From positions 1-64,000 of the forward strand of contig CBDBOV010000006.1 in the NCBI GenBank assembly GCA_965208575.1: a stretch of DNA of 64,000 nucleotides, read 5' to 3'. This stretch comes from Spirochaetia bacterium (GTDB taxonomy: Bacteria; Spirochaetota; Spirochaetia; SZUA-6; Bin103). Positions 49,125 through 58,090 of this stretch are shown in pieces. Every line of letters begins with the position of its first letter. Positions within the stretch are counted from its first letter, which is position 1. Below the pieces are notes generated by a model. It saw nothing but the letters and a program-made list of their open reading frames with translations, was not told the DNA's origin and made no database searches. A program made the position numbers and the translations under genes.

Positions 49125-49979
49125 CTACCGGTAGCGGCCGGCGAAGCCGTCGATGTTGATGCCGACGCGGCCCGGCAGGTGGCGCTCGGCGACCCGTACC
49201 ATGCGGTCGCGGTAGGCCAGGCCGACTGAGTCGCGGTCGACGGCGGCCATCGCGGCCGGCAGCGACGTGCGCTCGGTGCGGCTGCCGTTGGCCGAGCCGT
49301 CGCCGCCGATATAGTGGTCGATCACCACGGCGTCCGCGCTCGCTGCGATGCGGGAGAAGAAGCCTTCCGGGTCGGCGATCGGCAGCAGCGGCGCTACCGT
49401 GATCACCGTCTCGATGCCGGCGGCCTTCAGCTCCGCGGCGGCCCGGAAGCGCTGCTCGACGGGGCTGGCGTGCGGCGGCAGCCCGGGCAGCCGGTCGCGG
49501 TCGGTCTCGATCGACAGGTGCACGCGCAGCCGGCAGCGGCGCCGCAGTTCGAGCAGCCGGTCGTGGTAGCGGGTGACCTGGTGGGAGTGGGTCTGCACGA
49601 TCAGCAGGTCGGGCGGCTCCTGTGCCATCGCCTCCAGCAGCCGGCCGGTGACGCCGTAGCGCGCCTCCTGCGGCGGGAACGGCTCGGTCGAACTGGACAG
49701 GAAGATGCTGAACGCGCCGCGGGCACGCCGCGCCCAGCGCCGTTCCCGGACCACGGCGGCGCGGTACGACGCCGCCGCGTTGTCACGCACCTCCAGAAAC
49801 GACCCCCAGGGCCGCCCGCGGGTCACGTGGCCGTTGTGGCGCACGTAACAGCCGGCGCCGCACAGGGCGTTGCCGAACGGACAGCCGCGGTACGGCTGCG
49901 CCGAGTGCGACGACACCGTGCGCAGGAAACCGCTGCTGCGGGTCAGTATGTTACCGATCTCGGTGACGGTGACCTTCAC
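49125..49979 (-). CDS. Radical SAM protein, spore-photoproduct-lyase-like family
   Basis: QPYRGCPFGNALCGAGCYV, SSSTEPFPPQE...VT and VAPLLP. Confidence 0.75.
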   Translation of the reverse strand: MKVTVTEIGNILTRSSGFLRTVSSHSAQPYRGCPFGNALCGAGCYVRHNGHVTRGRPWGSFLEVRDNAAASYRAAVVRERRWARRARGAFSIFLSSSTEPFPPQEARYGVTGRLLEAMAQEPPDLLIVQTHSHQVTRYHDRLLELRRRCRLRVHLSIETDRDRLPGLPPHASPVEQRFRAAAELKAAGIETVITVAPLLPIADPEGFFSRIAASADAVVIDHYIGGDGSANGSRTERTSLPAAMAAVDRDSVGLAYRDRMVRVAERHLPGRVGINIDGFAGRYR

Positions 49980-50316
49980 GTCAGGCTATGCCCCGAGCTT
50001 CCGCCAATGCGCAACCCTCTCCGGAGGACGCCTGCCGGCGGCGGCGCGGCGCCACCCACGGCAGCGGGCGAAACGCCGAGTCGCAGGAGGGCCGCAGACG
50101 GGGCCGCGCAGGTTGATCGACGGCGGCAGGCTACCGGCGATGAGCGCCGCATGGCGCCGGTTGCCGCGACCGTGCACGTCCGCAAGCCCGAGCGGGCATA
50201 CGGCTACCCGCCGCACCCCGTTCGAGACCGCCCGCGACAATCGAGGATCGGCCCAAGCGGTCGCCGCCGTGCCGAGGCTCCCGACGCCGCCGCCGTGCAA
50301 GCGGCAGAACACCGCG

Positions 50317-51414
50317 CTACCCAACGGCCCGCCACACGTCGAGCGGGTGGCGGCGGTCGGCCATCGGCAGCGCGACGCGGGCGCCCGAGATCTGAGCGGC
50401 GTAGGGGGCGAGCACCAGCTCCAGCGCTTTGACGCCGTCGCGCCCGCTGCAGAGCGGCTCGCGGCCGTGCTCGATGGCGTCGATCAGGTCGGTGACCGCC
50501 AGGTAGTGGCTGCCGTGCTCGGGCGGCGGGCCCAGGTCGAGCTGCTGCCAGCGCTGCGCCACGCGCGCCGGCGCCCACAGCGGGTAGGGGTAGATCATCA
50601 GCCCGTCGGCGGTGCTGCCGCCGCGCAGCGAGATGATGCCCTCGCTGCCCACGATTTCCATGCCGTAGCGCTCGTTCACGCCGGCGCTGTGGCGCTTGGA
50701 GTCGAAGAACCCCGCCACCCCGCCGGCGAATGCGATATAGCTGTCGATGCGGTCGCCGGCCACCGGCCCGAGCGGCTCGGTGGCCTCGTGCACGTGCGCC
50801 GGCTCGATGTCGCGTCCCCCCACCGTGACGCGCGCGGATACCCACAGGGCGTCGCCGGCCAGGTACTGCATCAGGTTGAACAGGTGGATGCCCAGGTCCA
50901 TCATGTCCTCGCCGCCGCCGCGGTGGTCGTGCTTGCCGTGCGCGTGCAGCTCCTGCAGCCGCCCGATGCGCCCGCCGGCGACCAGCGCCTTCAGGCGGTC
51001 GACGCCCGGCAGGTAGGCGCCGTGAAAGTGCCCGACGGCGATCTTGACGCCCGCCGCGCGTGCCGCCGCGACCATGCGGTCGCCATCCTGCAGGCTGATC
51101 GCGAACGGCTTCTCGCAGTACACGTGGCAGCCGGCGTCGATGCAGGCCAGCACCATCTCCAGGCGCTGGTCCAGCCAGCGCGGCCCCACGCTGACCAGGT
51201 CCAGCTCCTCGCGCGCCAGCATCTTGCGGTAGTCGGCATAGCCGCGCTGTGCCGCCGCCTCCGCCTGCGCACGTGCCCGCCCTTCGGAATCGGGATCGGC
51301 CACCGCCACCATCTCCACGCCGGCCACCCCGCGGAAGGCGCGGTGCAGCCCGTGCCCGAACCCGCCGCGCCCGGTGTGGCCGATGGCGCCCGCGCGGTAG
51401 TGACGCTCAGCCAT
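50317..51414 (-). CDS. Gfo/Idh/MocA family oxidoreductase
   Basis: HVYCEKP and MMDLGIH. Confidence 0.9.
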   Translation of the reverse strand: MAERHYRAGAIGHTGRGGFGHGLHRAFRGVAGVEMVAVADPDSEGRARAQAEAAAQRGYADYRKMLAREELDLVSVGPRWLDQRLEMVLACIDAGCHVYCEKPFAISLQDGDRMVAAARAAGVKIAVGHFHGAYLPGVDRLKALVAGGRIGRLQELHAHGKHDHRGGGEDMMDLGIHLFNLMQYLAGDALWVSARVTVGGRDIEPAHVHEATEPLGPVAGDRIDSYIAFAGGVAGFFDSKRHSAGVNERYGMEIVGSEGIISLRGGSTADGLMIYPYPLWAPARVAQRWQQLDLGPPPEHGSHYLAVTDLIDAIEHGREPLCSGRDGVKALELVLAPYAAQISGARVALPMADRRHPLDVWRAVG

Positions 51415-51670
51415 GCCGGCCAGTCCGCCGCCCCGGGTCTACCTGGTCCATCGCCTCGATGGCCCGATCGAATTCCGGATCGTCCACCCAGGTGCCGGCA
51501 AGGTCATCCAGGTCGTGGTAACGAGGCTGTTCCTCAGCCAAGCCCAATCCCCGCTCCAGCGCACGCAGGGCCGTCTCGTTCAAGCTCCGCTGCTCTTCGC
51601 GCGCCTTCCTGCGCAGTTCCCGGTCAATCCTCGGCGGCACCCGTCTTATCGTGTACTGAATATGCGACAC
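51407..51670 (-). CDS. Orphan FitA/VapB-like RHH antitoxin
   Basis: QYTIRRVP...LRRKAREEQRSLNE...DLDDLAGTW; upstream palindrome CTTGCC-N5-GGCAAG (51694-51710); no PIN gene follows. Confidence 0.72.
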   Translation of the reverse strand: MSHIQYTIRRVPPRIDRELRRKAREEQRSLNETALRALERGLGLAEEQPRYHDLDDLAGTWVDDPEFDRAIEAMDQVDPGRRTGRHG

Positions 51671-51828
51671 CGTACGTGCACCGTATGCCCCATCTTGCCT
51701 GCACGGCAAGTCGGCAGCACCGGGCGCACCCGGCTGTGCGGGGTTGCAATCCAAGGCGGAAACACTAACCCTTGCCAGGACCGATCTACGCGATTCGCCG
51801 GCTCCGGTCGGCGATGGGGAGGAGTTCG

Positions 51829-52944
51829 ATGCCACTACGAGCGGGAATCGTCGGCTGCGGCGGCATCAGCCGCAGTCATGCCACGGCCTACAGCCATCTG
51901 AGCGCTACCGATTTGGTGGCGGCGTGCGACGTCGACGCGGACCGGTTGCGGGAGCGGGCCGACCAGTTCGGCGTGCCGGCGCGCTATCGGGACTACCGGG
52001 AGATGCTCGCCCGCGAGTCGCTCGACGTGGTCAGCGTGTGCACGCACGCGCCGCTGCACGCGGACGTGGCGTGCGCGGCAGCGGCGGCCGGCACCCACGT
52101 GCTGTGCGAGAAGCCGCTCGCCCTCGACCTGGACAGCGCCGACCGCATGATGCGCGCGTGCGCCGCCGCCGGCGTGCAACTCGCGGTGAGCCACCAGTTC
52201 CGCTTCGTGCCGGCGCTGCGCATGGCCAGGGAGTGGGTGCAGGCGGGACGCATCGGCAACCTGATCAGCGTGCGCGAAGTCGGCAAGGGCCGCCCCGCCG
52301 GCTTCGAGCTGATGGAGATGGGCGTGCACTTCTTCGACGAACTCGCCTTTTTCATGGGCGGCGTCGAGTGGATTCACGGCCGCGTCACCTACCGCGGGCG
52401 CGAGGCGGAGGTGGGCGACATCATGCACAGCAGCAAGCTGTGCACCACCGACGCGCGCGACAACGGCATGGTGGCCGGCGACGTGATGCTGGTCCACGCC
52501 GGCGGACCGGGCGGCGTCTCCGGCGTCATCGAACTCTACCCGCGCCCGGAGCGCCAGAACTGGGTCGCCGGTCCGCACCTGGTCGGCGACGCCGGCCAAC
52601 TGATGGTCAAGTCCAACCCCGACAACGGGCTGTTCGAGCTGTGGCACTGTCCTACCGACATCTCGTTCGCATCCCATACCCCGCCCTGGCGGCAGGTGGA
52701 CATCCCCGACTCCGCGCTCACCATCGAAGGCAGGACCTGGCCCGGCCATCCCTCCATCTGGAGCGTACGCGACATGGTGCAGGCGATCACGGAGGGCCGC
52801 CCACCGGAACTGGGAGGTTCCGCAGCCGCCCAATCGCTGGAGTGCGTCAGCGCGGTCTACGAGTCGCACTTCACCGGCGCCCGCGCCACCCTGCCCCTCG
52901 CCGACCGCCGCCATCCCCTTATCCGGCGCATGCCCGCCGGCTGA
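51829..52944 (+). CDS. Gfo/Idh/MocA family oxidoreductase
   Basis: GIVGCGGIS, HVLCEKPLA and MEMGVH; GGAGG RBS before ATG 51829. Confidence 0.9.
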   Translation: MPLRAGIVGCGGISRSHATAYSHLSATDLVAACDVDADRLRERADQFGVPARYRDYREMLARESLDVVSVCTHAPLHADVACAAAAAGTHVLCEKPLALDLDSADRMMRACAAAGVQLAVSHQFRFVPALRMAREWVQAGRIGNLISVREVGKGRPAGFELMEMGVHFFDELAFFMGGVEWIHGRVTYRGREAEVGDIMHSSKLCTTDARDNGMVAGDVMLVHAGGPGGVSGVIELYPRPERQNWVAGPHLVGDAGQLMVKSNPDNGLFELWHCPTDISFASHTPPWRQVDIPDSALTIEGRTWPGHPSIWSVRDMVQAITEGRPPELGGSAAAQSLECVSAVYESHFTGARATLPLADRRHPLIRRMPAG

Positions 52945-53043
52945 TCCGTTGCACCAGCCGTCAGTCCCGCGGATGACCGCGAAACCGCACAGCAGGTACA
53001 CTACAAGCGACGCGAGTCTTCTCGCGAAGGAGCCCGACACCCC

Positions 53044-54753
53044 ATGATCCGACTACGAATACCGATTCTCACGGCGCTGGCGGTCGTTACGCTGGCGGTG
53101 GCGGCCGCGGCCGAGCGCGGCAGCGACGGCGAGCTCAGGATGCTGTACTGGCAGGCGCCGTCGATCCTCAACCCCTACCTGTCGGGCGGCACCAAGGACA
53201 TCCACGCCGCGTCCCTGGTCATTGAACCGCTTGCGCGCTACGACGAGAACGGCGACATGGTGGCCTGGCTGGCGGCCGAGATCCCGACCCTGGACAACGG
53301 CGGCGTGGCGAGCGACCTGAAGTCGATCACCTGGAAGCTGCGCGACGACGTGGTGTGGTCGGACGGCACGCCGTTCACGGCCGAGGACGTGGCGTTCACG
53401 GCCGCCTACTGCCTGGACCCGAGCGGCGGCTGCGCGTCGCTGGCTTCGTTCCAGGGCGTCGGCTCGGTGGAGGCGGTCGACGACCACACGGTGCGGATCG
53501 ACTTCGACGTGCCGATGCCGTTCCCGTACGCGCCGTTCGTCGGCTCGATTCGGCCGATCCTGCAGAAACGTCAGTTCGAGAACTGCATGGGCGCGCGGGC
53601 GCCGGAGTGCACGGCCGAGAACTTCGCCCCCGTCGGCACCGGGCCGTACCGGGTGGACGAGTTCCGGCCCAACGACGTGGTGCGCTACGTGGTGAACGAG
53701 CACTTCCGCGACCCCGACCGGCCCGCCTTCTCGTCGGTGCTGCTGAAGGGCGGCGGCGACGCGGTCTCGGCCGCGCGCGCGGTGCTGGTGACCGGCGAGT
53801 TCGACTACGGCTGGAACCTGCAGGTGGAGCCGGAGATCCTGCAGGACATGGAGCGGGCGGGCATGGGCGAGGTGGTCACCGCGTTCGGCACGCTGGTCGA
53901 GCGCCTGGTGATCAACAAGACCAATCCCGACCCGAAGCTAGGCGATATGCGGTCCACCCACCAGGACAGCGCCAATCCGCACCCGTTCCTGTCCGATCCG
54001 GCGGTGACGCGCGCACTGTCGCTGGCGATCGACCGTGACATCCTGGTGGAAGCCGGCTATGGACCCGCCGGCCAGGTTACCTGCAACGTCCTGCCCGCCC
54101 CGGCGGTGTACGCCTCCACCGCCAACGACTGGTGCACGACGCAGGACATCGAGTACGCCAACCGGATCCTGGACGACGCCGGATGGGAGCGAGCCCGCGG
54201 CGGCATCCGCGAGAAGGACGGGGTGCGCCTGTCGATCCTCTACCAGACCTCCACCAACTCGGTGCGCCAGGGCACGCAGGCGCTGATCAAGCAGATGTGG
54301 CGGGAGATCGGCGTGGACACCGAGCTGCGCAACATCAACGCCTCGGTGTTCTTCGGCAGCGACCCGGCCAGCCCGGACACCTACCAGAAGTTCTACGCCG
54401 ACATCCAGATGTACACCAACAACTTCGACGGCACCGACCCGCAGGCCTACATGGCCGGCTGGGTGTGCGACAAGATCCCCGGCCCCGAGAACCAGTGGAA
54501 CGGCAGCAACATCTCGCGCTACTGCAACCCGGCGTACGACGCGCTGGCCGCCGAGCTCGCCGAGACCGGCGGCATCGGGCAGCGTGCCGCGATCGCCAAG
54601 CGCATGAACGACCTGCTGGTCGCGGACGGCGCCATGATCCCGTTGATCCATCGCGGTGAGGTCGCCGCCCGCTCGCTGTCCCTCGGCGGCATGCGGCACA
54701 ACGCCTGGGACGCGACGCTGTGGAACGTGCACGAGTGGCACCGCATCAAGTGA
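53044..54753 (+). CDS. Peptide ABC transporter substrate-binding protein
   Basis: LYWQAPSILNPYL, WSDGTPFTAEDV and PVGTGPY. Confidence 0.93.
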   Translation: MIRLRIPILTALAVVTLAVAAAAERGSDGELRMLYWQAPSILNPYLSGGTKDIHAASLVIEPLARYDENGDMVAWLAAEIPTLDNGGVASDLKSITWKLRDDVVWSDGTPFTAEDVAFTAAYCLDPSGGCASLASFQGVGSVEAVDDHTVRIDFDVPMPFPYAPFVGSIRPILQKRQFENCMGARAPECTAENFAPVGTGPYRVDEFRPNDVVRYVVNEHFRDPDRPAFSSVLLKGGGDAVSAARAVLVTGEFDYGWNLQVEPEILQDMERAGMGEVVTAFGTLVERLVINKTNPDPKLGDMRSTHQDSANPHPFLSDPAVTRALSLAIDRDILVEAGYGPAGQVTCNVLPAPAVYASTANDWCTTQDIEYANRILDDAGWERARGGIREKDGVRLSILYQTSTNSVRQGTQALIKQMWREIGVDTELRNINASVFFGSDPASPDTYQKFYADIQMYTNNFDGTDPQAYMAGWVCDKIPGPENQWNGSNISRYCNPAYDALAAELAETGGIGQRAAIAKRMNDLLVADGAMIPLIHRGEVAARSLSLGGMRHNAWDATLWNVHEWHRIK

Positions 54754-54779
54754 GGTAGACCGGACCCGCGGGCACCGCC

Positions 54780-55793
54780 ATGGTGCGCTACGCGATCCGG
54801 CGCCTGCTGTTCGCCATCCCCACCCTGCTGGCGATCAGTTTTGTCGTGTTCGCGCTGCTGGACCTGGCCCCCGGTGATCCCACCGCCCAGCTCCCGCTGA
54901 CCATCCCGCCGGAGACGCGCGAGCTGATCCGGCAGAGCCTCGGGCTCGGGCAGCCGTTCCCGGTGCGCTACGTGCGCTGGCTGGAGCAGTTCCTGGCCAA
55001 CGAGCCCTTGAACCTGGTCGAGGTGCTGTTCGGCATCGAGATCGGCGATTCGGAGGGCCGCCTGCGGGTCAGTTCCTGGGCCACCCGCTCGCCGGTGGTG
55101 GACCTGATCGCCCAGCGGCTGCCGCAGACCATGACCGTGGTGGGGGTGTCCTACCTGGTGGCGATTCTGATCGCGGTGCCGGTGGGCGTGTTCTCGGCTT
55201 ACCGCCAGTACTCGGTGTTCGACCAGGTCGGCACCTTCATCACCATGGTGGGGTTCTCGGTGCCCACCTTCTTCACCGGCACCGTGCTGATCGTGATCTT
55301 CAGCGGCGCCCTCGGCTGGCTGCCGTCGATCTACGACACCACCCACCGGGTCACCGACCTGGCCAGCCTCGGATACCAGCTCCGGCAGATGGCGATGCCG
55401 GTGATGGTGCTGGCGCTGTTCAGCGCCGCCCAGATCAGCCGCTTCACCCGCTCCGCGGTGCTCGACACCCTGCACCAGGAGTACGTGCGCACCGCGCGCG
55501 CCAAGGGGCTGTCGGAGCCGCTGGTGCTCCTGGTGCACGTGCTGCGCAACAGCATGATCCCGGTGGTTACCGTCATCGCACTCGGCATCCCCACCACCTT
55601 CGCCGGCGCGATCATTACCGAGCAGATCTTCCGCATCAATGGCGTCGGCGCGCTGCTGATCGGGGCGATCGAGGGCGCCGACATCCCCACCGTGCAGACC
55701 GTGACCTTCATCTTCGCGGGCCTGATCGTGTTCTTCAACCTGGTCGCCGACCTGCTGTACGGCATCCTCGACCCCCGCATCCGCTATGACTGA
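54780..55793 (+). CDS. Peptide ABC transporter permease
   Basis: EYVRTARAKGL and LDPRIRYD. Confidence 0.93.
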   Translation: MVRYAIRRLLFAIPTLLAISFVVFALLDLAPGDPTAQLPLTIPPETRELIRQSLGLGQPFPVRYVRWLEQFLANEPLNLVEVLFGIEIGDSEGRLRVSSWATRSPVVDLIAQRLPQTMTVVGVSYLVAILIAVPVGVFSAYRQYSVFDQVGTFITMVGFSVPTFFTGTVLIVIFSGALGWLPSIYDTTHRVTDLASLGYQLRQMAMPVMVLALFSAAQISRFTRSAVLDTLHQEYVRTARAKGLSEPLVLLVHVLRNSMIPVVTVIALGIPTTFAGAIITEQIFRINGVGALLIGAIEGADIPTVQTVTFIFAGLIVFFNLVADLLYGILDPRIRYD

Positions 55794-55936
55794 CAGCCCG
55801 CGGCGAAACTCCGGCTCCATTCGAGCGGCGGTGCATTCCGTCCTGACGTGCTCGGTGGTCGCGCCTCTCCAGCCGGACGCCTCGCCGCTCTCGGTGCGAC
55901 GCGGGGTTCCCCAACGCGCTGCAAGCGCGACCACCG
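55794..55936. mobile_element. Degenerate MITE/REP-like structured element
   Basis: Imperfect terminal IRs (CAGCCCGCGGCGAAACTCCG vs revcomp CAGCGCGTTGGGGAACCCCG) and internal IRs GAGCGGCG/CGCCGCTC and CGGTGGTCGCGC/GCGCGACCACCG; separates two normally abutting permease genes. Confidence 0.5.
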
Positions 55937-55990
55937 GCGGTCGTTCGCCGACCCGCGTGCATCGGCTGCCACCGCCTTGGGCGGCGCGGA

Positions 55991-56998
55991 GTGGCCGTGG
56001 CTGCTGATCCGGTCGCCGCACCCGCCGCACCCGCGGGGTCCGCCCGCGCCGGCGGACACGGAGTGCCGGGCACCCACGCGGACCGCGCCAAGCACGCCGT
56101 CTGGCACCGGCTGCGGCGCCATCCGGGCGCCATCGCCGGCGCCGCCGTGTTCGCCGCGGTCGCGCTGGCGGTGCTGTTCGGCTCGTTCGTGCACGGCGTC
56201 GATCCGCACTACCTCGACTACCGGGCCAAGAACCAGGGCATGTCGCTCGCCCACCCGCTCGGCACCGACAACCTGGGCCGCGACACCTTCGCCCGCCTGC
56301 TCGCCGGCGGCCGCCTGTCGCTGGCCGTGGGCGTGGCAGCGATGGCCCTGTCGCTCACCGTGGGCACGGTGATCGGCGTGCTGTCCGGCTTCTTCCGCCG
56401 CCTCGACGGACCGCTGATGCGGTTCACCGACCTGTTCCTGGCCCTGCCCGTGCTGCCCCTGCTGATGGTCACCACCATGCTGTTCCGCGAACCGTTGCGC
56501 GCCGCGCTCGGCCTGGAGGCGGGCATCTTCATCCTGGTGGTGGGCGTGATCGGCATCACGAGCTGGATGCAGACCGCCCGCATCGTGCGCGGCCAGGTGC
56601 TCGCCATCCGCGCCCGCGAGTACGTCACCGCCGCCCGCAGCATCGGCGCCCGCCCGTGGCGCATCATCGGCCGCCACGTGTTCCCCAACGCCCTGAGCCC
56701 CATCGTGGTCGCCGCCACCCTGGACATCGCCACCGCGATCATCACCGAGAGCGCGCTCAGCTTCCTGGGCCTCGGCTTCCCCTCCGACTTCCCCACCTGG
56801 GGCCGCCTGCTCTACGACGGCGTGCCGTTTCTGACCCTCACCCCGGACCGCGTCATCTGGCCCGGCCTCGCCATCTCCCTCACCGTGCTCAGCGTCAACT
56901 TCCTCGGCGACGGCCTCCGCGACGCCCTCGACCCCCACGCCATACATGTGAATCGTCGGATCCGACGGAGCGTTGCCACGCCTCCCTCCACCTCATAG
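55991..56998 (+). CDS. Peptide ABC transporter permease
   Basis: HPLGTDNLGRD, ESALSFLGLG and GDGLRDALDP. Confidence 0.92.
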   Translation: MAVAADPVAAPAAPAGSARAGGHGVPGTHADRAKHAVWHRLRRHPGAIAGAAVFAAVALAVLFGSFVHGVDPHYLDYRAKNQGMSLAHPLGTDNLGRDTFARLLAGGRLSLAVGVAAMALSLTVGTVIGVLSGFFRRLDGPLMRFTDLFLALPVLPLLMVTTMLFREPLRAALGLEAGIFILVVGVIGITSWMQTARIVRGQVLAIRAREYVTAARSIGARPWRIIGRHVFPNALSPIVVAATLDIATAIITESALSFLGLGFPSDFPTWGRLLYDGVPFLTLTPDRVIWPGLAISLTVLSVNFLGDGLRDALDPHAIHVNRRIRRSVATPPSTS

Positions 56999-57000
56999 TT

Positions 57001-57783
57001 TTACCGACCAAACGACACGGACGTTGCGTCCTCGCCACCCAATAGCTTGAATTCGTCTGCCTCCATTGGCTCGTATCCGCGCGGCTAATGCCCACTCAAC
57101 TCAATCAGGACGCGCTGCGTTGATGGTGCCGGAACGGGATTCACCTTCACCACTCGAGCCGAGTAGTCGCCCGGCGCATGAGCCATCGCTGTAACCAGGT
57201 CGCGGACCAAATACCGGGGAGCCCAGCCGATCATGTGATACTGAGTTGTCTGAATCTGAACCGCAAGCTGAGTCTGTGGATTGGTAAGCTCGATGGTCAC
57301 ATATAGTGTCTCGCCTGATCGCAAGCGCTCGATCTCTTTCTGAGCGTCACCATTTGTGTGACGCCAACCGTGCAGGAAAAACCGGCAACGAAATGAACCG
57401 TCAGCCTGCGTATTGATCTTCGGGAATACTTGAAAATTGTCGGTGGCACGGTAGCCACCATCGACGGCCAAAATCTCCAGTGGGTCGGGAGACTCGCCGT
57501 CAATATCAAGGAAAGAAAGGTACTCGTAGAAGCTCCTGCGCTGATAGTTCATCACGCGATTCTTGAACAGTGGGAAGAGCCAAGAGGACGTATAGCGGTG
57601 ATGAAACTGTGGGAAGTCGTATAGCGGTGCGAGTCCACTCCGTTCCGCGGCCTCCGCTGCTCCTTGCGTGTAACCAAAGGAATACTTAGGAGGGGAATCA
57701 TCTACATCTAGCCTCCCAACAGGGTACCAGCGGTGCTCGTGAGGGTCTTTCCAACCCAAAAACAACGTTTTTTGATCGTTCAT
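57001..57783 (-). pseudogene. HIRAN-domain protein (partner of HipA-like kinases) with in-frame TAG near the C-terminus
   Basis: LFLGWKDP..RWYPVGRL, LFPLFKNRVM, FFLHGWRH and IGWAPRYL. The ORF stops at 57085 but the frame continues PRGYEPMEADEFKLL to TAA at 57001. Confidence 0.7.
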
Positions 57784-57990
57784 ACCAATAATTGTAACTC
57801 GTCGAGATTGTAGTTGACAAGGCGGACGACGAACTCTCGCGCCAAGCCAGTCATCCAGGAACTCGGAATCTTGGAAACTATCTCCTGAACTCCTTCCATG
57901 TTCAGGTTCTCCACCTTCGTCAGTGCATTCCTAAAGAACATCCCAATAGTCGGGATGTTCCACCCCTCATCGAATCAGCCCTACTAGCTG
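57780..57990 (-). pseudogene. C-terminal remnant of a HipA-like kinase
   Basis: FFRNALTKVENLNMEGVQEIVSKIPSSWMTGLAREFVVRLVNYNLDELQLLV* with ATGA overlap on the HIRAN start; upstream part degenerate. Confidence 0.55.
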
Positions 57991-58090
57991 CCGTGCATCT
58001 GTCGCTGACGGTAAGAACGGTGACGGCGTACTCCCCGACTTCTTCCGACGCCTAGTCGGCATGCGAATTGTGCGTCGCCGACCTGTTAAT

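Noticed and set aside
49980-50316. ncRNA or riboswitch in the 340-bp intergenic gap
   Set aside because: GC-rich with no recognisable conserved motif or convincing long stem; an Rfam search would be needed.
57936-57960. Perfect 9-bp hairpin GAACATCCC-N7-GGGATGTTC as an IS200/IS605 end
   Set aside because: No tnpA/tnpB nearby, and it lies within what appears to be degenerate kinase coding sequence.
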